Program-made: the position numbers and the translations under genes
The notes under the pieces: model-generated
Told to the model about the DNA's origin: nothing
Seen by the model: only the letters and a program-made list of their open reading frames with translations
The model's database searches: none
Part shown: positions 12,010-23,867 of the stretch, one piece after another
Layout: each line of letters begins with the position of its first letter
Position numbering within the stretch: the stretch's first letter is position 1
DNA from: Savitreella phatthalungensis
Taxonomy: Eukaryota
Assembly (NCBI GenBank): GCA_051599415.1
Contig: AP039689.1
Coordinates: 744,001 to 808,000 of the forward strand
Direction of reading: 5' to 3'
DNA: 64,000 bases

Positions 12010-12241
12010 TGTACCAGCCTGTCAATCACTCAGGCTTATACACGGCGAGCGAGCGTGCAAACGCCGACACCAATATGACATCCCCGGAACGTGCTGTTCG
12101 ACGAGGAACCTGTTGCGACTTTCCCATATTTCAGCACTGCGACTGCTGTTATTACTACAACCGATAAATGAATGCGTTTGCGATACACAAGATCTGGATT
12201 CCTGGCATTGACAGTTGTATGCTATGCTGACTGTGCACTGA

Positions 12242-15200
12242 CTATCGACCGGACATTCTGCGAGCGGGACTTGGTGGTGCAGCGACGCTGTGCTGCCTCA
12301 CCACAGTGGCTGAGACTGCCTTTTCTTGTTCCTTGAGTCGCTGCTGGATTCTGTCGTGGACGAAATTTCGAGCATCCGAGCTCCCTCGAAGCTGAAGCAC
12401 TCTCAGGATGACCTCTTCGTTGTTTGAGATCTGCCTCTTCTGAGCAAGGCGTTCTGCACGCTGCTGACGCATCGTCCCCAGATTCCGGAATGTCGTGCCG
12501 GAGTGTGTCAAGCCACGTTTGAGTTGTGTCTTGCGCAGCTCTGCAGCTTTCGTAGCTACGGAGGCGGAGGTTCGGCGGCATTCGTCCATCAGTTGGACTT
12601 CGTCGTCAAAGTAGAAGAAGCGAATCGAGACCGTCTCATGGTACAGTGGAGTTTGAAGTTGTTCCTCTTCAAGACCTCCCCCGTCACCATGGAAAGTATC
12701 CTTCAAGAATGATAGCCACTTGTACACAATGTCAAGCTCCTGCTCGCTCAGTACTCGTGCAGCAGTGAGTCTGCGCCGGTCACTCGTGAGCGGCGGCACG
12801 ATGAGGTCCTCGATGGTGAGGAGCACAAATGCCCAAAGCATCTCCATCACCTTGATGAAGGCCGACCGACTAAGTGTCTCATCAAGCGTCTTGAAATTGC
12901 CGTCGAGGAAGTTCAGTAACGGCTCGACGGGCGCCTCGATCTCCTGCTTCGTGACTGGAGCTGACGGCGCGCTACGCTGGATTGCTGGTAGTCGATTGTT
13001 TGCGATACCTGCGCGGTTGAGCAGCGAGTAGGCAGTCTCGAGCGTGTTGTCAAGCGCCTTTCCGAAGAATGAGCGGAGAGTCTGATGAGACAATGTGGCA
13101 GTGATGAGAGGTTCCATCTTTTCCACAATGGTCCGCGCCATGACGGCTTCAGTCATGCTCAGCGACTTGAATGCGCGACCGAAGTAGTATCCGGAATCGT
13201 CCAATTCAGCCTCCATGCTGATTCGCAGGTGGATGTATCCTTGCTGATCAAGCGGCATGTGGAAGCTCTTCGGCAGAAAGTCCTCGAACACGCGAGGATC
13301 GAGTCGAAAGTAGCAACGACCACAGATGTCGTGTTCCCAAGCGTTTCGATTCCAGACCGTAGCTGAGAGCCACAACGGCTCGAGTGCAGCAACCTCAAAC
13401 GTATCATTCCATCGAGGCGTAGTCGTCTTGGCCATCGTGCGGGTCTTGCCCACACGCTTGCCCTTCTGATCACTGAGGACGAGGTATGGATTGCTAGTGC
13501 CATCGCGGTCGAAAGGCTTGATGTCGAGTCCTTCGATCACCTTGATAGTGAAGATGGCCTTCTCACCTGCGACCCAGAGTGGCCGCTTGCCTTCAAATGA
13601 CTCGATTGTTCGGCCGAGCTGCTCCGTGTTCATCAGCTGTTCAAGCTTATCTAGCTGCTCCTTCGCCCATTCAATGTTGTTGAGCTTGACGCAAGCTTGT
13701 GGCGATATTGAAAACGGTTCGACCTGTTCCTTTCGACTGAGTGCTTCTCTTGCACGAGCATATAGACGCTGTTGTAGAGTCGATGAGGAGTCTTCGCTAG
13801 CGTCAGACGAGGTCGTCGAGGGGGCTCTCAGGCTCATGTCCTGCTCGAAGAGCCGCTCGACCTCGGAACAGTAGAGTCGAATTGCGTTACTGAAGATCTT
13901 GGCTAGCTCTGTCATGAATCGTGCATGCCAATACTCGTGCTGCCAGCGCAAGTCTCGAAGAAAGGTGAAATGCTGGTTGCAGGACCGCAGAACCATGATG
14001 ATCGAATGGCTGCGCACCTCACCATCGGCGTTAAAAGCAGGGTCGACAGAAAAATCATCTGATTCGAGACTTCGTCGAACAAGATCCATGATGCTCTCAT
14101 CCGCAGCTTCGAGCCATCGTACGATGTACGCTCTGAACACTTTGTCCTTGACAATTGGCGACTTCCATGATTTGCTGCATTTGTGGACGAGCTCCTCTGC
14201 CTCAATCACCTGGCGATACAGGTCTAACATGTCCTCCTTTGCCAAGTCGAGACCGCTGTCCTGTGCATTCGTATGGCAAGCTGTCAAATGCGGAAGCAGG
14301 TCATTAAGTAGTGCTGGAATTGCTTCGGTGATGAAAATGGTCGGGACCTTGACGCGATCGAGAATTGCCACTTTGTATCTGCGGCGTAGTCGCTTGCCAT
14401 CATCGACAAGTGCTTTGAGCAGTGCCGTAATGTCGGGTACAGTAAGTTCAGGATCAGCCGGTAGCTTTTTCTTCCTTCGGCGGTAGGCATCCTTCGCTGC
14501 GTCATGCAAACTGCGCTCAAAATCGGCGAGGGTGTGGCCAAGTTCTGCCAGAGACTCTTGACAGATCGGATCTGCATGAATATGCTCCTGAAGGACGACT
14601 GCCGCAGAGAGGTCAATCTCTGTTCTCACGTAGACGTCCTGTAACTCAGCATAAAGCTCTCGCATGATACTGTCGTTGAGCTGTGTAAGCGAGCGTAGCT
14701 GTATTTCTCGATCCTGCCTAGTCCACATTGTATAATCAAAGCCGCCACTGCTATTCTCCTCAGGCGTATCCGGTCTCTGCTCTTTGAGCTCAAGGAAAAC
14801 ATCGTCGAGGAACTGTAAGCTCAGTCTGTTCTCAAGATACAAGTTTTTGACGCTCTCCAGCACAGAGGCCTTGTGACCCGCGCTCGTGATGCGCCAATAC
14901 TTTCGACACTCTAGCAGCATTGCCTGACCTGGCCTGCCCAATAGATTGACAAGTCCGCCTTCACTCGATTCTTCGAGCTCCATAGTCTGTAAGAGCTTTT
15001 CCTGGATCACAAGAGAGACAAGCTCTCGATAGTACAGCAACGGCTCGGGTGGAACAAAGAATAGGCTTCCAGTTGCATCCAGTTCAGTGCCTGTGCCCAC
15101 GGAGCGTTCTGATGCGAACGATGTCCTCTTCGATAGTGTCGCAGGCTGTGGAGATTCTGAGGACGACCTCAGACGTGTCATGTTACTCGTGATCGACTCC

Positions 15201-16225
15201 AGGTCGTCGTCTTTAGCTTCACCGGCGAGAGAAGGATTGAGCGTGGTCAACGCAATGATGTCCTGTGTCAAGCTGGAGAGTTCGGCATCGCGCCAGGCCT
15301 GGTACGCTTCCTGAGTTTCAAAGTCAAGTGATCGGTAACAAGGTGGCGCTTGCAGATGGATTAGCTCAACGAGATTCTTCAAGTCTCGAATCAGTCGTTT
15401 GTCTGTGCAGCGTGATTCGGCGATGTCGACTTCCGCCTGTAGTGTGCCTGGACCCATGGCGAAGACTGCAGCAATAGTCTGTAGATTGACAGAGTCCTTG
15501 ACACTGATCTTGATGGGCTCAGGAGAAGGTGGCGCACTTGCTGCCGGTGACGTGAGTGACGCTGGCGCCAAGATTTCATCGTTCTGACGCAGCTTCTGTT
15601 CATAGGTCGTAAGGTTTTGTATGAGCTCTGAGCTATTCGATGCCAGGCCGTTGTTTCGCACTATCTGAATGATGAGCCTGACAAACTTCATCAGGTGCTG
15701 ATTTACGATGGGCTTGATATCACTATCAGGGTTGCGCTTCGCCAATTCGCCCGTGGCTTTAGACACGAACATGAGGATCAGGTCTTCGACACGTCGACTG
15801 TCCTTTATGGTCCGCATGAAGGCGTCTGACTTGTAATAGCTGTAGAAGACGGCAAATGTGCTTCGTATAAGCATGTCATCATACTGTGGCTCCTGGCGCA
15901 TGACGACCCGCTCCAAAGTACTCTCCAGTAGTTTGATCAGCTCCTTTGGGAATTTTGCGGACTTCTTGGCTCCCAGACCGAGGATGTCACCGATCGACAT
16001 GGCAGAGGGCATGATAGCTGTGCTATGCTGACGGCTGTGGCCATTTGGCGTGCCGTTCGGGCGGCGCGTCGAATTTGGCGCGGTAGACCTGGACTTAGGC
16101 TTTGATTGTAGTTTCACGGTGACAAGTGCCGCCCGTAGGACATACTGGAGCAAGTCATCACGCGAGACCTGCGGTCTTCTGGTCGTTGCACGCCTCGAGG
16201 ACGTGTTTCGAGACGCAGTAGACAT
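12242..16225 (-). CDS. Munc13/UNC-13-like MUN/MHD plus C2 domain protein (S. pombe Ync13 / yeast YOR296W-like)
   Basis: 1327 aa, mostly helical. C2 domain (FTIKVIEG..DRDGTSNPY..KTRT..PRWNDTFE) and CVKLNNIEWA-type MHD motif. Confidence 0.8.
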   Translation of the reverse strand: MSTASRNTSSRRATTRRPQVSRDDLLQYVLRAALVTVKLQSKPKSRSTAPNSTRRPNGTPNGHSRQHSTAIMPSAMSIGDILGLGAKKSAKFPKELIKLLESTLERVVMRQEPQYDDMLIRSTFAVFYSYYKSDAFMRTIKDSRRVEDLILMFVSKATGELAKRNPDSDIKPIVNQHLMKFVRLIIQIVRNNGLASNSSELIQNLTTYEQKLRQNDEILAPASLTSPAASAPPSPEPIKISVKDSVNLQTIAAVFAMGPGTLQAEVDIAESRCTDKRLIRDLKNLVELIHLQAPPCYRSLDFETQEAYQAWRDAELSSLTQDIIALTTLNPSLAGEAKDDDLESITSNMTRLRSSSESPQPATLSKRTSFASERSVGTGTELDATGSLFFVPPEPLLYYRELVSLVIQEKLLQTMELEESSEGGLVNLLGRPGQAMLLECRKYWRITSAGHKASVLESVKNLYLENRLSLQFLDDVFLELKEQRPDTPEENSSGGFDYTMWTRQDREIQLRSLTQLNDSIMRELYAELQDVYVRTEIDLSAAVVLQEHIHADPICQESLAELGHTLADFERSLHDAAKDAYRRRKKKLPADPELTVPDITALLKALVDDGKRLRRRYKVAILDRVKVPTIFITEAIPALLNDLLPHLTACHTNAQDSGLDLAKEDMLDLYRQVIEAEELVHKCSKSWKSPIVKDKVFRAYIVRWLEAADESIMDLVRRSLESDDFSVDPAFNADGEVRSHSIIMVLRSCNQHFTFLRDLRWQHEYWHARFMTELAKIFSNAIRLYCSEVERLFEQDMSLRAPSTTSSDASEDSSSTLQQRLYARAREALSRKEQVEPFSISPQACVKLNNIEWAKEQLDKLEQLMNTEQLGRTIESFEGKRPLWVAGEKAIFTIKVIEGLDIKPFDRDGTSNPYLVLSDQKGKRVGKTRTMAKTTTPRWNDTFEVAALEPLWLSATVWNRNAWEHDICGRCYFRLDPRVFEDFLPKSFHMPLDQQGYIHLRISMEAELDDSGYYFGRAFKSLSMTEAVMARTIVEKMEPLITATLSHQTLRSFFGKALDNTLETAYSLLNRAGIANNRLPAIQRSAPSAPVTKQEIEAPVEPLLNFLDGNFKTLDETLSRSAFIKVMEMLWAFVLLTIEDLIVPPLTSDRRRLTAARVLSEQELDIVYKWLSFLKDTFHGDGGGLEEEQLQTPLYHETVSIRFFYFDDEVQLMDECRRTSASVATKAAELRKTQLKRGLTHSGTTFRNLGTMRQQRAERLAQKRQISNNEEVILRVLQLRGSSDARNFVHDRIQQRLKEQEKAVSATVVRQHSVAAPPSPARRMSGR

Positions 16226-17507
16226 GGATTTGGAAGTGCTTCTTTTGGAGATCCTTGTTCAGCGCAAAGTGCTTAGCCGATGCTCATATCTCGAAGAGAA
16301 ACGACATGCCGCCGTGATGTTGATAGAGAAAGGGATTCGATCGCGAAAAAGCCGACGGAGATAGTGCAGCGCAGATAGCGTGTCTGAAGAAAGAAGATGG
16401 CAATACGACGTCTCACGTGCGCACGAATGGGTCGTAATCGATGACGAACGCAGCCTTGTGTTTCGATGTGCTCGGTAATGAGCTATGTGTCAGAAGACTA
16501 AGCACGCATCCGTAGCTGGGTGCTTATTTCTCTCGATCGCTCCAAGTGGCTGATGTCACTAGTGGTGAGGGCAAGTGAGCAATCTCTGTCAGCGTCTAGA
16601 TTGAGCCGAGCTGGTTTTGATGAGTTGCGTCGGGTCGAGCTGCCGTATAGCGTCTTAACTTACGCTATTGCAGGTCACGCAGTTGTCTGCATAGATCGAT
16701 GACCCGTGCGAGGTCACTCGTAAATGAGATCAGGTGATCTCTGCGCGCGACGCAGACCGATGTGCCTCCGCAGTGCCGATTTCCGCAACCGCCTGCGACT
16801 ACGGACGCCTGTTTCAGGGAAGAGCTTCGGACACTGTAATCCTAGCAAGCAGGGTAGTGGTTGATGTACTGGTCAGCGTCAGCGGGTTATGTGCATCCAA
16901 GTGAATATGCATCCTTTGGTTGGATAGTTACGTACATACGGTATACTTTGAATGTCTTAATTTGTTATAACAACATGCTATAGTGTATCTCAATTGATTC
17001 TGCTCCTGACCAAATTGACTTCTTCTGACCCACATGAGAGGAGAAAATTAGAATGGAGAGCAAAATGTACTGTACTGTACGTCCATGAGTGGATGCACAT
17101 GACGTACGTTAGCATTCACACTGATGAGTTCCGTTCAAGCTTAAAATAGAATTGCCAACAAACAGTTCGAAAGAAGAATTTAAACTTTTCGTGCATGGAT
17201 AATTTGAGACACTCTACTCGATCGAATCGATATCGATCGAACAGCTGTATCCAGATATATTGATTCGAACAATTGCGTGCACTTAGTTTCACCTAAAATT
17301 GAGATGTCAAGATAAATTTCCACCGGTGCGTAGCTCCACTCTCCTTGAGTTCGTGCATATTCGATTCGATCGAGACTTTGACTCAGTACATGCTGATGCA
17401 CATGTACATGGATGAAGTACGTTGGTAGAATCACAATATCAATCACTCCACAACAATCGATCCATTCATCTGAAGTGTATCGACACACACTCTAGATCAC
17501 GCGGGAG

Positions 17508-17578
17508 AGCAGCAGCAGCAGCAGCAGCAGTAGCAGAACAATAGCAGCAACAGTAGCAGCAACAGTAGCAGCAGCAGC
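17508..17578. repeat. CAG/CAA/TAG trinucleotide microsatellite
   Basis: Imperfect (AGC)n run upstream of the SCOC-like ORF. Confidence 0.85.
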
Positions 17579-17705
17579 TGGCTCCCTGCACAAGAACGGA
17601 GTTCATCATTCTCTCTGATCTAATTCCTTCCTTTCTAGTGACTGACTGAATCGTCTAATTCACTTGGTGCTCGTGCTCACTTCACCATCACCTTCCTCAG
17701 AGTCA

Positions 17706-18089
17706 ATGAGTAATGATTCAGAACCGCATACAACCACGCAGTCAGAGTCACAGCTGGAGACACATGCAGACGCTCACAATACCTCCTCCAATTCAGAAGC
17801 AGCGGTAGCGATAGCACCATCGACTGAGCAAGTCATTCCCCCACGCACTGACCCATCACCGTCAGACTCAGTATCAGACTCAGACAACGACACAAGTGAA
17901 CCAACTGAAGAGTCAATCAAAGAAGCAGAAATCAATGAGATTCTAACACTCCAGAAAGAATTGCTCGATCACCTCGACCAAATGGACACTGTTCAATCTC
18001 GCATAGAAAAGCTCTCCAACGAGAAGCGCTTTCTCGAGGATTACATCGGCAACCTTGTCTCCATGCAGCAGACAGGAAAGCGACGATAA
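17706..18089 (+). CDS. Short coiled-coil protein (SCOC/Slo1, DUF2205-like)
   Basis: ATG 17706; C-terminal EINEILTLQ..L...D.VQ..IEKL..E..FLEDYIGNL. Confidence 0.75.
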   Translation: MSNDSEPHTTTQSESQLETHADAHNTSSNSEAAVAIAPSTEQVIPPRTDPSPSDSVSDSDNDTSEPTEESIKEAEINEILTLQKELLDHLDQMDTVQSRIEKLSNEKRFLEDYIGNLVSMQQTGKRR

Positions 18090-18805
18090 CAAAAGCTCTT
18101 TCGAATCTCGAACATCGAACCCTTACACAATTCATGATCCCATGACTCACGACGACATGTTGAATAGCTAATGATATGATACGATTGACACCAACTGTCA
18201 TCGCCTCTCATCTGTCATCGCCCTTCTTCTCGAGCTCCATTGCTCCAAGTCACCATGCATGACTATAGCTGTTGTCAGAGAGCTTGATGGAGAATCTCAG
18301 CTCATCTATTATAGCGTCGTCGCCAGTATTAATCCGTGAACGAAAAACCATTTGATTTATTCTTCTGATTCGTATTACTGCATATGCATGTAGACTACAT
18401 ACTGTATACTGCATGTACCGCATGCATGATGATCGATACTGGAGAAATGAGTTGGATCATGATCAAACTAGAAAATTTGAGATTCCATACACGCGCGTGC
18501 AAGCAATCATGATATCCAATTGTCCACTTACCCGCACGCTCGCATGCAGAATTCTCAGATTATAGATGCGCGAGACGCGGTCAGGAGTCCAACACCAGAG
18601 CTCATATCTTCCTTTACAGCTGTGCTGAACAGATTTTGACCTGCTCATTCGATAGCTAGAACTCTGCGCTATCGATAGACATCAATCGCAAGGCTTCAGA
18701 ACGCTAAGTAGCCGACATATCTCAACCAGACATGGCTGACTAGTCATTCTCGAGCTGGCTAGTAGCTCTACACTCAACCTTTATTGAATCGGTCACAGAA
18801 CCTCA

Positions 18806-21800
18806 ATGGCTAGAACGCGATCTGCTCTTAGTCAAGCTGTCGACGCTGTGCCAGTTGACACACGCGCCGCTAAGCGTCAGAAAGTCGAGTCGAGCATACC
18901 TCCGGTCCAATCGCCAAAGAACAAGGCTGCAGGAACAAAACAGTCGACCGTCAGTAGACCTGTCAGACGATCTGCTCGAACGGCCGGTCAATCGACAGAC
19001 CTCGTAAACACAGCATCTCCAGAGTCTTCACCACATCCCACTGGATCGTCGACGGCCGAGCCAGTCACAGAAGATACAGGTGACAACGCTGCAGAAACCT
19101 CCGTTACAGAGGTCACCCGCCATGCGGAGATTTCAGAAACACACACCAGCACGAATCTTGACGAGAATGGACCTTCGTCGTCTCGCCGGTTGCGCGGTGG
19201 TAGAGAACGCCCTCAACGGGTAGAGATACCGAGACCCTCCAGCGCACGCACGACGCGATCATCAGTCCCTGCCAAGGCTCAAGCAGATGAAATCCATGTG
19301 AAAGCAACTCGAACAGAGCCGTCAGCGTCGACTGGACCGGCGTCCCGAGAATCGGAGGCTGACGACGCCAAGCACGAGCGCAGTCCTATTTCAGAAGAGC
19401 CGTTACGTCTTCCGAAGCGCATCAAGCTGACATTCAGCACTAAAATGCCCGAGCCAATTATTGCACACCCAATGCATCGACCCAAGCCACGCGAACATGA
19501 ATCTGTGAGAGCCTTTCTCGACACCTTCGTGTCGCTTGACGATGACATGACTCAAGAACAAGCCGCTGAGTTCAAATCTGCACAGGAGAAAGTGCGATCT
19601 TGGGCAAGGGATCATCCGGATGTACTGGCTACTGCAAATGCCGCTGCAGCAGGCGGCAATGATCGCCTCAAGGCCTCTCGCGCGACTGAACCTGCTGTTC
19701 CTCCATCACATCAGGACGCTTTGCTCGGCCATGCCTGCAATTTCTCAAAGCTCATGCAAGAGGAGCGCAAGCGTAATCTTGCCACAGGTCGTCGCATCGC
19801 AGCCATGGTTCAGAAATATTGGCGAAACAAAGCGCTTGCCGGCGAGCGTGAGGCGAAAGAATCTGAGCGCAACTTGCGTCAGCTTGCCAAACGTACGTCG
19901 ATCGAAGTTCGACGCAAGTGGAAGCTGGCAGAGAAGGACGTTCACAAACGCTACCTTGAGATGCTCGAGGAGCAGAAGAGGCAGGCTTCGAAAGAACAAC
20001 TGAAGGACCTCCTTGACAGGTCCACGACGCTCTTGGATGCAAGGCGACTACAGCAGCTAGAGGACGACAGCTCTGATGCTTCTTCACGCGTGAGTGACGA
20101 CGATGAGGATCGATACTTGTCTGTCGACCAACTGCGTGCGAAATATGCCGCTATGCCGGATCTGGAGATCTCCGAAGATAATGAGAGTGACGATGACGAT
20201 AATGACGATGACGACGAAGAAGCAACAAGTGATACAGACGAGATTGGAGGAGGAGGAGAAGAAGAAGAAGAAGAAGAAGAAGCAGCAGGCGAAGATGAAG
20301 ATGGAGACCAGAGTGATGCGGCGCGAAGTCCGAGAGCCGACGTTGACCCGCCGGCAGAATCTGCTCCAGTTGTTGAGCAAGTCAATGGCCGTCGGTCGAC
20401 ACGGTCCGCCTTGAAGAGCGAGCTAGAAGCAGAGATTGAGTCGCTGCCAGAGCAGTCAGATGATGCTTCCGAAGATGATAGCAGCGCAATGGACTCTGAG
20501 TTGGACGAAAACGAGGATGACGAGTCGAGCACATCTGTCGAGGGACCTGGCCTTGCTTGGTTGTACCCGGAGCTCGCAAAAGGTCCAACACTGGCAACCG
20601 CTCCGCATTCTGGGGTCGAATCACCATCAGAAACGACTGATTATGCAAAAGGCAGCCGACGACGTGGCAACCAGTCCGATCTGCAAAGCTTGCCGGATGA
20701 TTCACAAGCTGATGAAGAGCAGGATGACGACGATAATCCGATGGACTCTGAGCTCGACGAAGACAGTGATGAAGGAGCTGACGGTGCTGCTGCTGATGAA
20801 GGCCCTGGTCTAGCTTGGTTATATCCCGAGCTCGCCAAAGCGAAGTCCTCGGGATTGCAGAAGATCGAACCTGTTGCTCAAGCTGAGAGACCAACAAGCA
20901 GTCGGACACGTGCATCCACTGCAGATCTGCAGAGTCTGCCTGACGACTCTGAAGAGGAAGCTGAAGATGACGACGACGAACCTATGGACTCAGAACTCGA
21001 CGAAACCAGCAACAACGAGGACGAGGACGCGAGTGATGCATCTGAGGGTCCGGGCCTCGCATGGCTATACCAGACACCGATGCAGAAGCCAAAGATTGAG
21101 GAGATCACAGCTGAGACTGCGAATGAAGATCATGAGGTCGATCAACTCGACCAGCAAAAGAAGGTCGATGACACTGCGTCTGACGCAGAGCAAGCAGTCA
21201 CCTCGGCTGCTCTCGACCTCAGCCATCCGCTTGGCGCGGAGGAAATCGTTGGCGACGAGAAACGCCAAATCAAGCTACAGCAACCTGCACTCCTCCGCGG
21301 CAAGCTGCGCGAATACCAGCACGCTGGTATGGAATGGCTGGCAGGACTTAACCTGAACGGTACTAATGGCATTCTCGCAGACGAGATGGGTCTTGGCAAA
21401 ACAATTCAGACGATATCCCTTTTGACCTGGCTTGCCTGTGAGCAGGAACTGTGGGGTCCGCACCTGATTGTCGTGCCGACATCAGTCATGCTCAACTGGG
21501 AAATGGAGTTCAAGAAGTTTGCTCCGGGACTCAAAGTCCTGACCTACTACGGCAGCCCGAAGGAGCGTAAGGAGAAGCGCAAAGGCTGGAGCAAGCCAGA
21601 CGTCTTTCACGTCTGCATTACCTCCTACCAGCTCGTCCTCCAAGATCAACAGATCTTCAGGCGAAAGCGATGGGCGTACATGATTCTCGACGAGGCGCAC
21701 AATATTAAGAACTTCAAGTCACAGCGTTGGCAAACACTTCTCAACTTCAATACGCAGAACAGGCTCTTGCTTACTGGAACACCGCTCCAGAACAACCTGA

Positions 21801-23770
21801 ATGAGCTCTGGTCCCTATTGTACTTCTTGATGCCACAGGGCATTGCCGAGGATGCGGCTTTTGCTAATCTGGCCGATTTCCAGGAATGGTTCGGTCGGCC
21901 AGTCGACAAGCTCGTTGAGCAAGCAGGAAGTACGGCACAGGACGAGCAAGCTCGCGAGACTGTAGGTAAGCTTCATCGGATCCTGCGGCCATACATCCTT
22001 CGCCGCCTGAAAGCTGATGTCGAGCAGCAAATGCCGGGCAAGTACGAGCACATTGTGCCTTGTCGTCTATCGAAGCGCCAGCGTTTCCTGTATGACGACT
22101 TCATGTCGCGCGCGCAAACGCGAGAAACCCTGGCATCCGGTAACTTTCTCTCCATCATCAACTGTTTCATGCAGCTTCGCAAAGTCTGCAACCACCCAGA
22201 CCTGTTTGAGTCGAGACCCATTGTCACATCGCTTGCATTCGAGCGATCAGCTGTGGCAGTCTACGAGCCCCGGGAGCTGCTCATCCGGCGGCGACTTCTG
22301 CGAACGACCGACAACAATCGCAGTGCCCTAGCAACGCTCAATCTTGTTAATGTCATCAACGGCCAGATGTCGTCGCTTGCTGCGGAATCAGCTCGCCAAC
22401 TGATTGAGGAGCTCCCTAGTGTGCCAGAGAAGCCAATTTCAAAGTCAGAAGTCAGCAACCTACGTCAGTGGAAAGCCTCTGTGCTCGTTCAAAAGCGTCA
22501 ATCCGAGCTCAACGCGCGACACAAGCATTTCAATTACCTTAACGACCTCCGCATCAGCCGAAGATCTGTCTATAGCACGGAATGTTTAGCTGCGGTCACT
22601 CGACCTTCGCATCGTTGGCAGTATAACAAGGGTCAGCTCCCTGAAGGACACTGGCTTCGAGCAAATGCGATCGATGCACTGACCCCGACCATGGCGCGAT
22701 ATTCAAGCTCTATGGAAACGACTGTTCGCAAATTCGCATGCATCACGCCGACTGTCAAGTATCTTGATATGGCCTCACGGCATGTGCCATTGCCACTGGA
22801 AAGTCAGCAACAGCTACGTCACGAGTACACGGATCCTGGCTACGTTTCCCGAACGTGTACGAGCATCGCATTCCCTGACAAGCGTCTGCTGCAGTACGAC
22901 TGTGGCAAGCTCCAACGGTTGGACGCCTTGCTCAGGGATTTGATCCCAAAAGGCCATCGATGTCTGATTTTCACGCAGATGACACGAATGCTCGACGTGC
23001 TCGAGCAATTCCTCAACATCCACGGACATCGTTATTTCCGGCTCGACGGTGCAACAAAGGTCGACACGCGTCAGCTCCTCACAGAACGATTCAATCGCGA
23101 CACGCGTATCCCAGTTTTCATCCTCTCGACCCGGTCCGGTGGTCTAGGTATCAACTTGACCGGTGCAGACACTGTGATCTTCTACGACAGTGACTGGAAT
23201 CCATCGATGGACAGACAGTGTCAGGACCGCGCCCACCGAATCGGTCAGCAGCGGGACGTCCACATCTACCGATTCGTGTCTGACCACACGATCGAGCAGA
23301 ATATCCTGAAGCGTGCGAGGCAGAAACGACTGCTAGACGATGTCGTCATTGGCGATGGCGCATTCACCACGGACTTTCTCGACAATACCGACTGGCGTGA
23401 TATGCTCGGTGAAGAGATGCAGTTGGCCGGTGTCGATGTCAGTGACGTCTCACCCACCACTCACCAGCGCGCCAATCCGACCACAGGTCCACGCGCTCTA
23501 GAATCCGCTCTCGCTGCAGCAGAAGACGACGACGACGTCGCAGCAGCCAGGCAAGCTCGATCAGAACTACAGTTGGACGATGCAGAATTCGACGTCCGGG
23601 GAGCAGCCACCTCTGCAAACTCAGTCTCTGCAGAACAAGTCACCTCCAGACCCGCCGGACCAGACGACGGGATCGAAGGCGAAGACTTGCACGTTGACAA
23701 GGACGGCTTCTTTGGACATATCGATGACTACATGGTTGGCTTTGTCGAGCGAGAGGTATATGGCATGTAG
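18806..23770 (+). CDS. SWR1: SWR1 chromatin-remodelling ATPase (H2A.Z deposition)
   Basis: HSA-like region, GILADEMGLGKT, DEAH, split ATPase with FPDKRLLQYDCGKLQ, QDRAHRIGQ. Confidence 0.96.
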   Translation: MARTRSALSQAVDAVPVDTRAAKRQKVESSIPPVQSPKNKAAGTKQSTVSRPVRRSARTAGQSTDLVNTASPESSPHPTGSSTAEPVTEDTGDNAAETSVTEVTRHAEISETHTSTNLDENGPSSSRRLRGGRERPQRVEIPRPSSARTTRSSVPAKAQADEIHVKATRTEPSASTGPASRESEADDAKHERSPISEEPLRLPKRIKLTFSTKMPEPIIAHPMHRPKPREHESVRAFLDTFVSLDDDMTQEQAAEFKSAQEKVRSWARDHPDVLATANAAAAGGNDRLKASRATEPAVPPSHQDALLGHACNFSKLMQEERKRNLATGRRIAAMVQKYWRNKALAGEREAKESERNLRQLAKRTSIEVRRKWKLAEKDVHKRYLEMLEEQKRQASKEQLKDLLDRSTTLLDARRLQQLEDDSSDASSRVSDDDEDRYLSVDQLRAKYAAMPDLEISEDNESDDDDNDDDDEEATSDTDEIGGGGEEEEEEEEAAGEDEDGDQSDAARSPRADVDPPAESAPVVEQVNGRRSTRSALKSELEAEIESLPEQSDDASEDDSSAMDSELDENEDDESSTSVEGPGLAWLYPELAKGPTLATAPHSGVESPSETTDYAKGSRRRGNQSDLQSLPDDSQADEEQDDDDNPMDSELDEDSDEGADGAAADEGPGLAWLYPELAKAKSSGLQKIEPVAQAERPTSSRTRASTADLQSLPDDSEEEAEDDDDEPMDSELDETSNNEDEDASDASEGPGLAWLYQTPMQKPKIEEITAETANEDHEVDQLDQQKKVDDTASDAEQAVTSAALDLSHPLGAEEIVGDEKRQIKLQQPALLRGKLREYQHAGMEWLAGLNLNGTNGILADEMGLGKTIQTISLLTWLACEQELWGPHLIVVPTSVMLNWEMEFKKFAPGLKVLTYYGSPKERKEKRKGWSKPDVFHVCITSYQLVLQDQQIFRRKRWAYMILDEAHNIKNFKSQRWQTLLNFNTQNRLLLTGTPLQNNLNELWSLLYFLMPQGIAEDAAFANLADFQEWFGRPVDKLVEQAGSTAQDEQARETVGKLHRILRPYILRRLKADVEQQMPGKYEHIVPCRLSKRQRFLYDDFMSRAQTRETLASGNFLSIINCFMQLRKVCNHPDLFESRPIVTSLAFERSAVAVYEPRELLIRRRLLRTTDNNRSALATLNLVNVINGQMSSLAAESARQLIEELPSVPEKPISKSEVSNLRQWKASVLVQKRQSELNARHKHFNYLNDLRISRRSVYSTECLAAVTRPSHRWQYNKGQLPEGHWLRANAIDALTPTMARYSSSMETTVRKFACITPTVKYLDMASRHVPLPLESQQQLRHEYTDPGYVSRTCTSIAFPDKRLLQYDCGKLQRLDALLRDLIPKGHRCLIFTQMTRMLDVLEQFLNIHGHRYFRLDGATKVDTRQLLTERFNRDTRIPVFILSTRSGGLGINLTGADTVIFYDSDWNPSMDRQCQDRAHRIGQQRDVHIYRFVSDHTIEQNILKRARQKRLLDDVVIGDGAFTTDFLDNTDWRDMLGEEMQLAGVDVSDVSPTTHQRANPTTGPRALESALAAAEDDDDVAAARQARSELQLDDAEFDVRGAATSANSVSAEQVTSRPAGPDDGIEGEDLHVDKDGFFGHIDDYMVGFVEREVYGM

Positions 23771-23867
23771 TTCAAGACAAGACAAAATCAATACCAAGTC
23801 ACATAAGTCAAAACATGGAAAAAGTGATCGTATAGTGAGTTAAGTGGGTGAGTGGGTGACCTGATCT

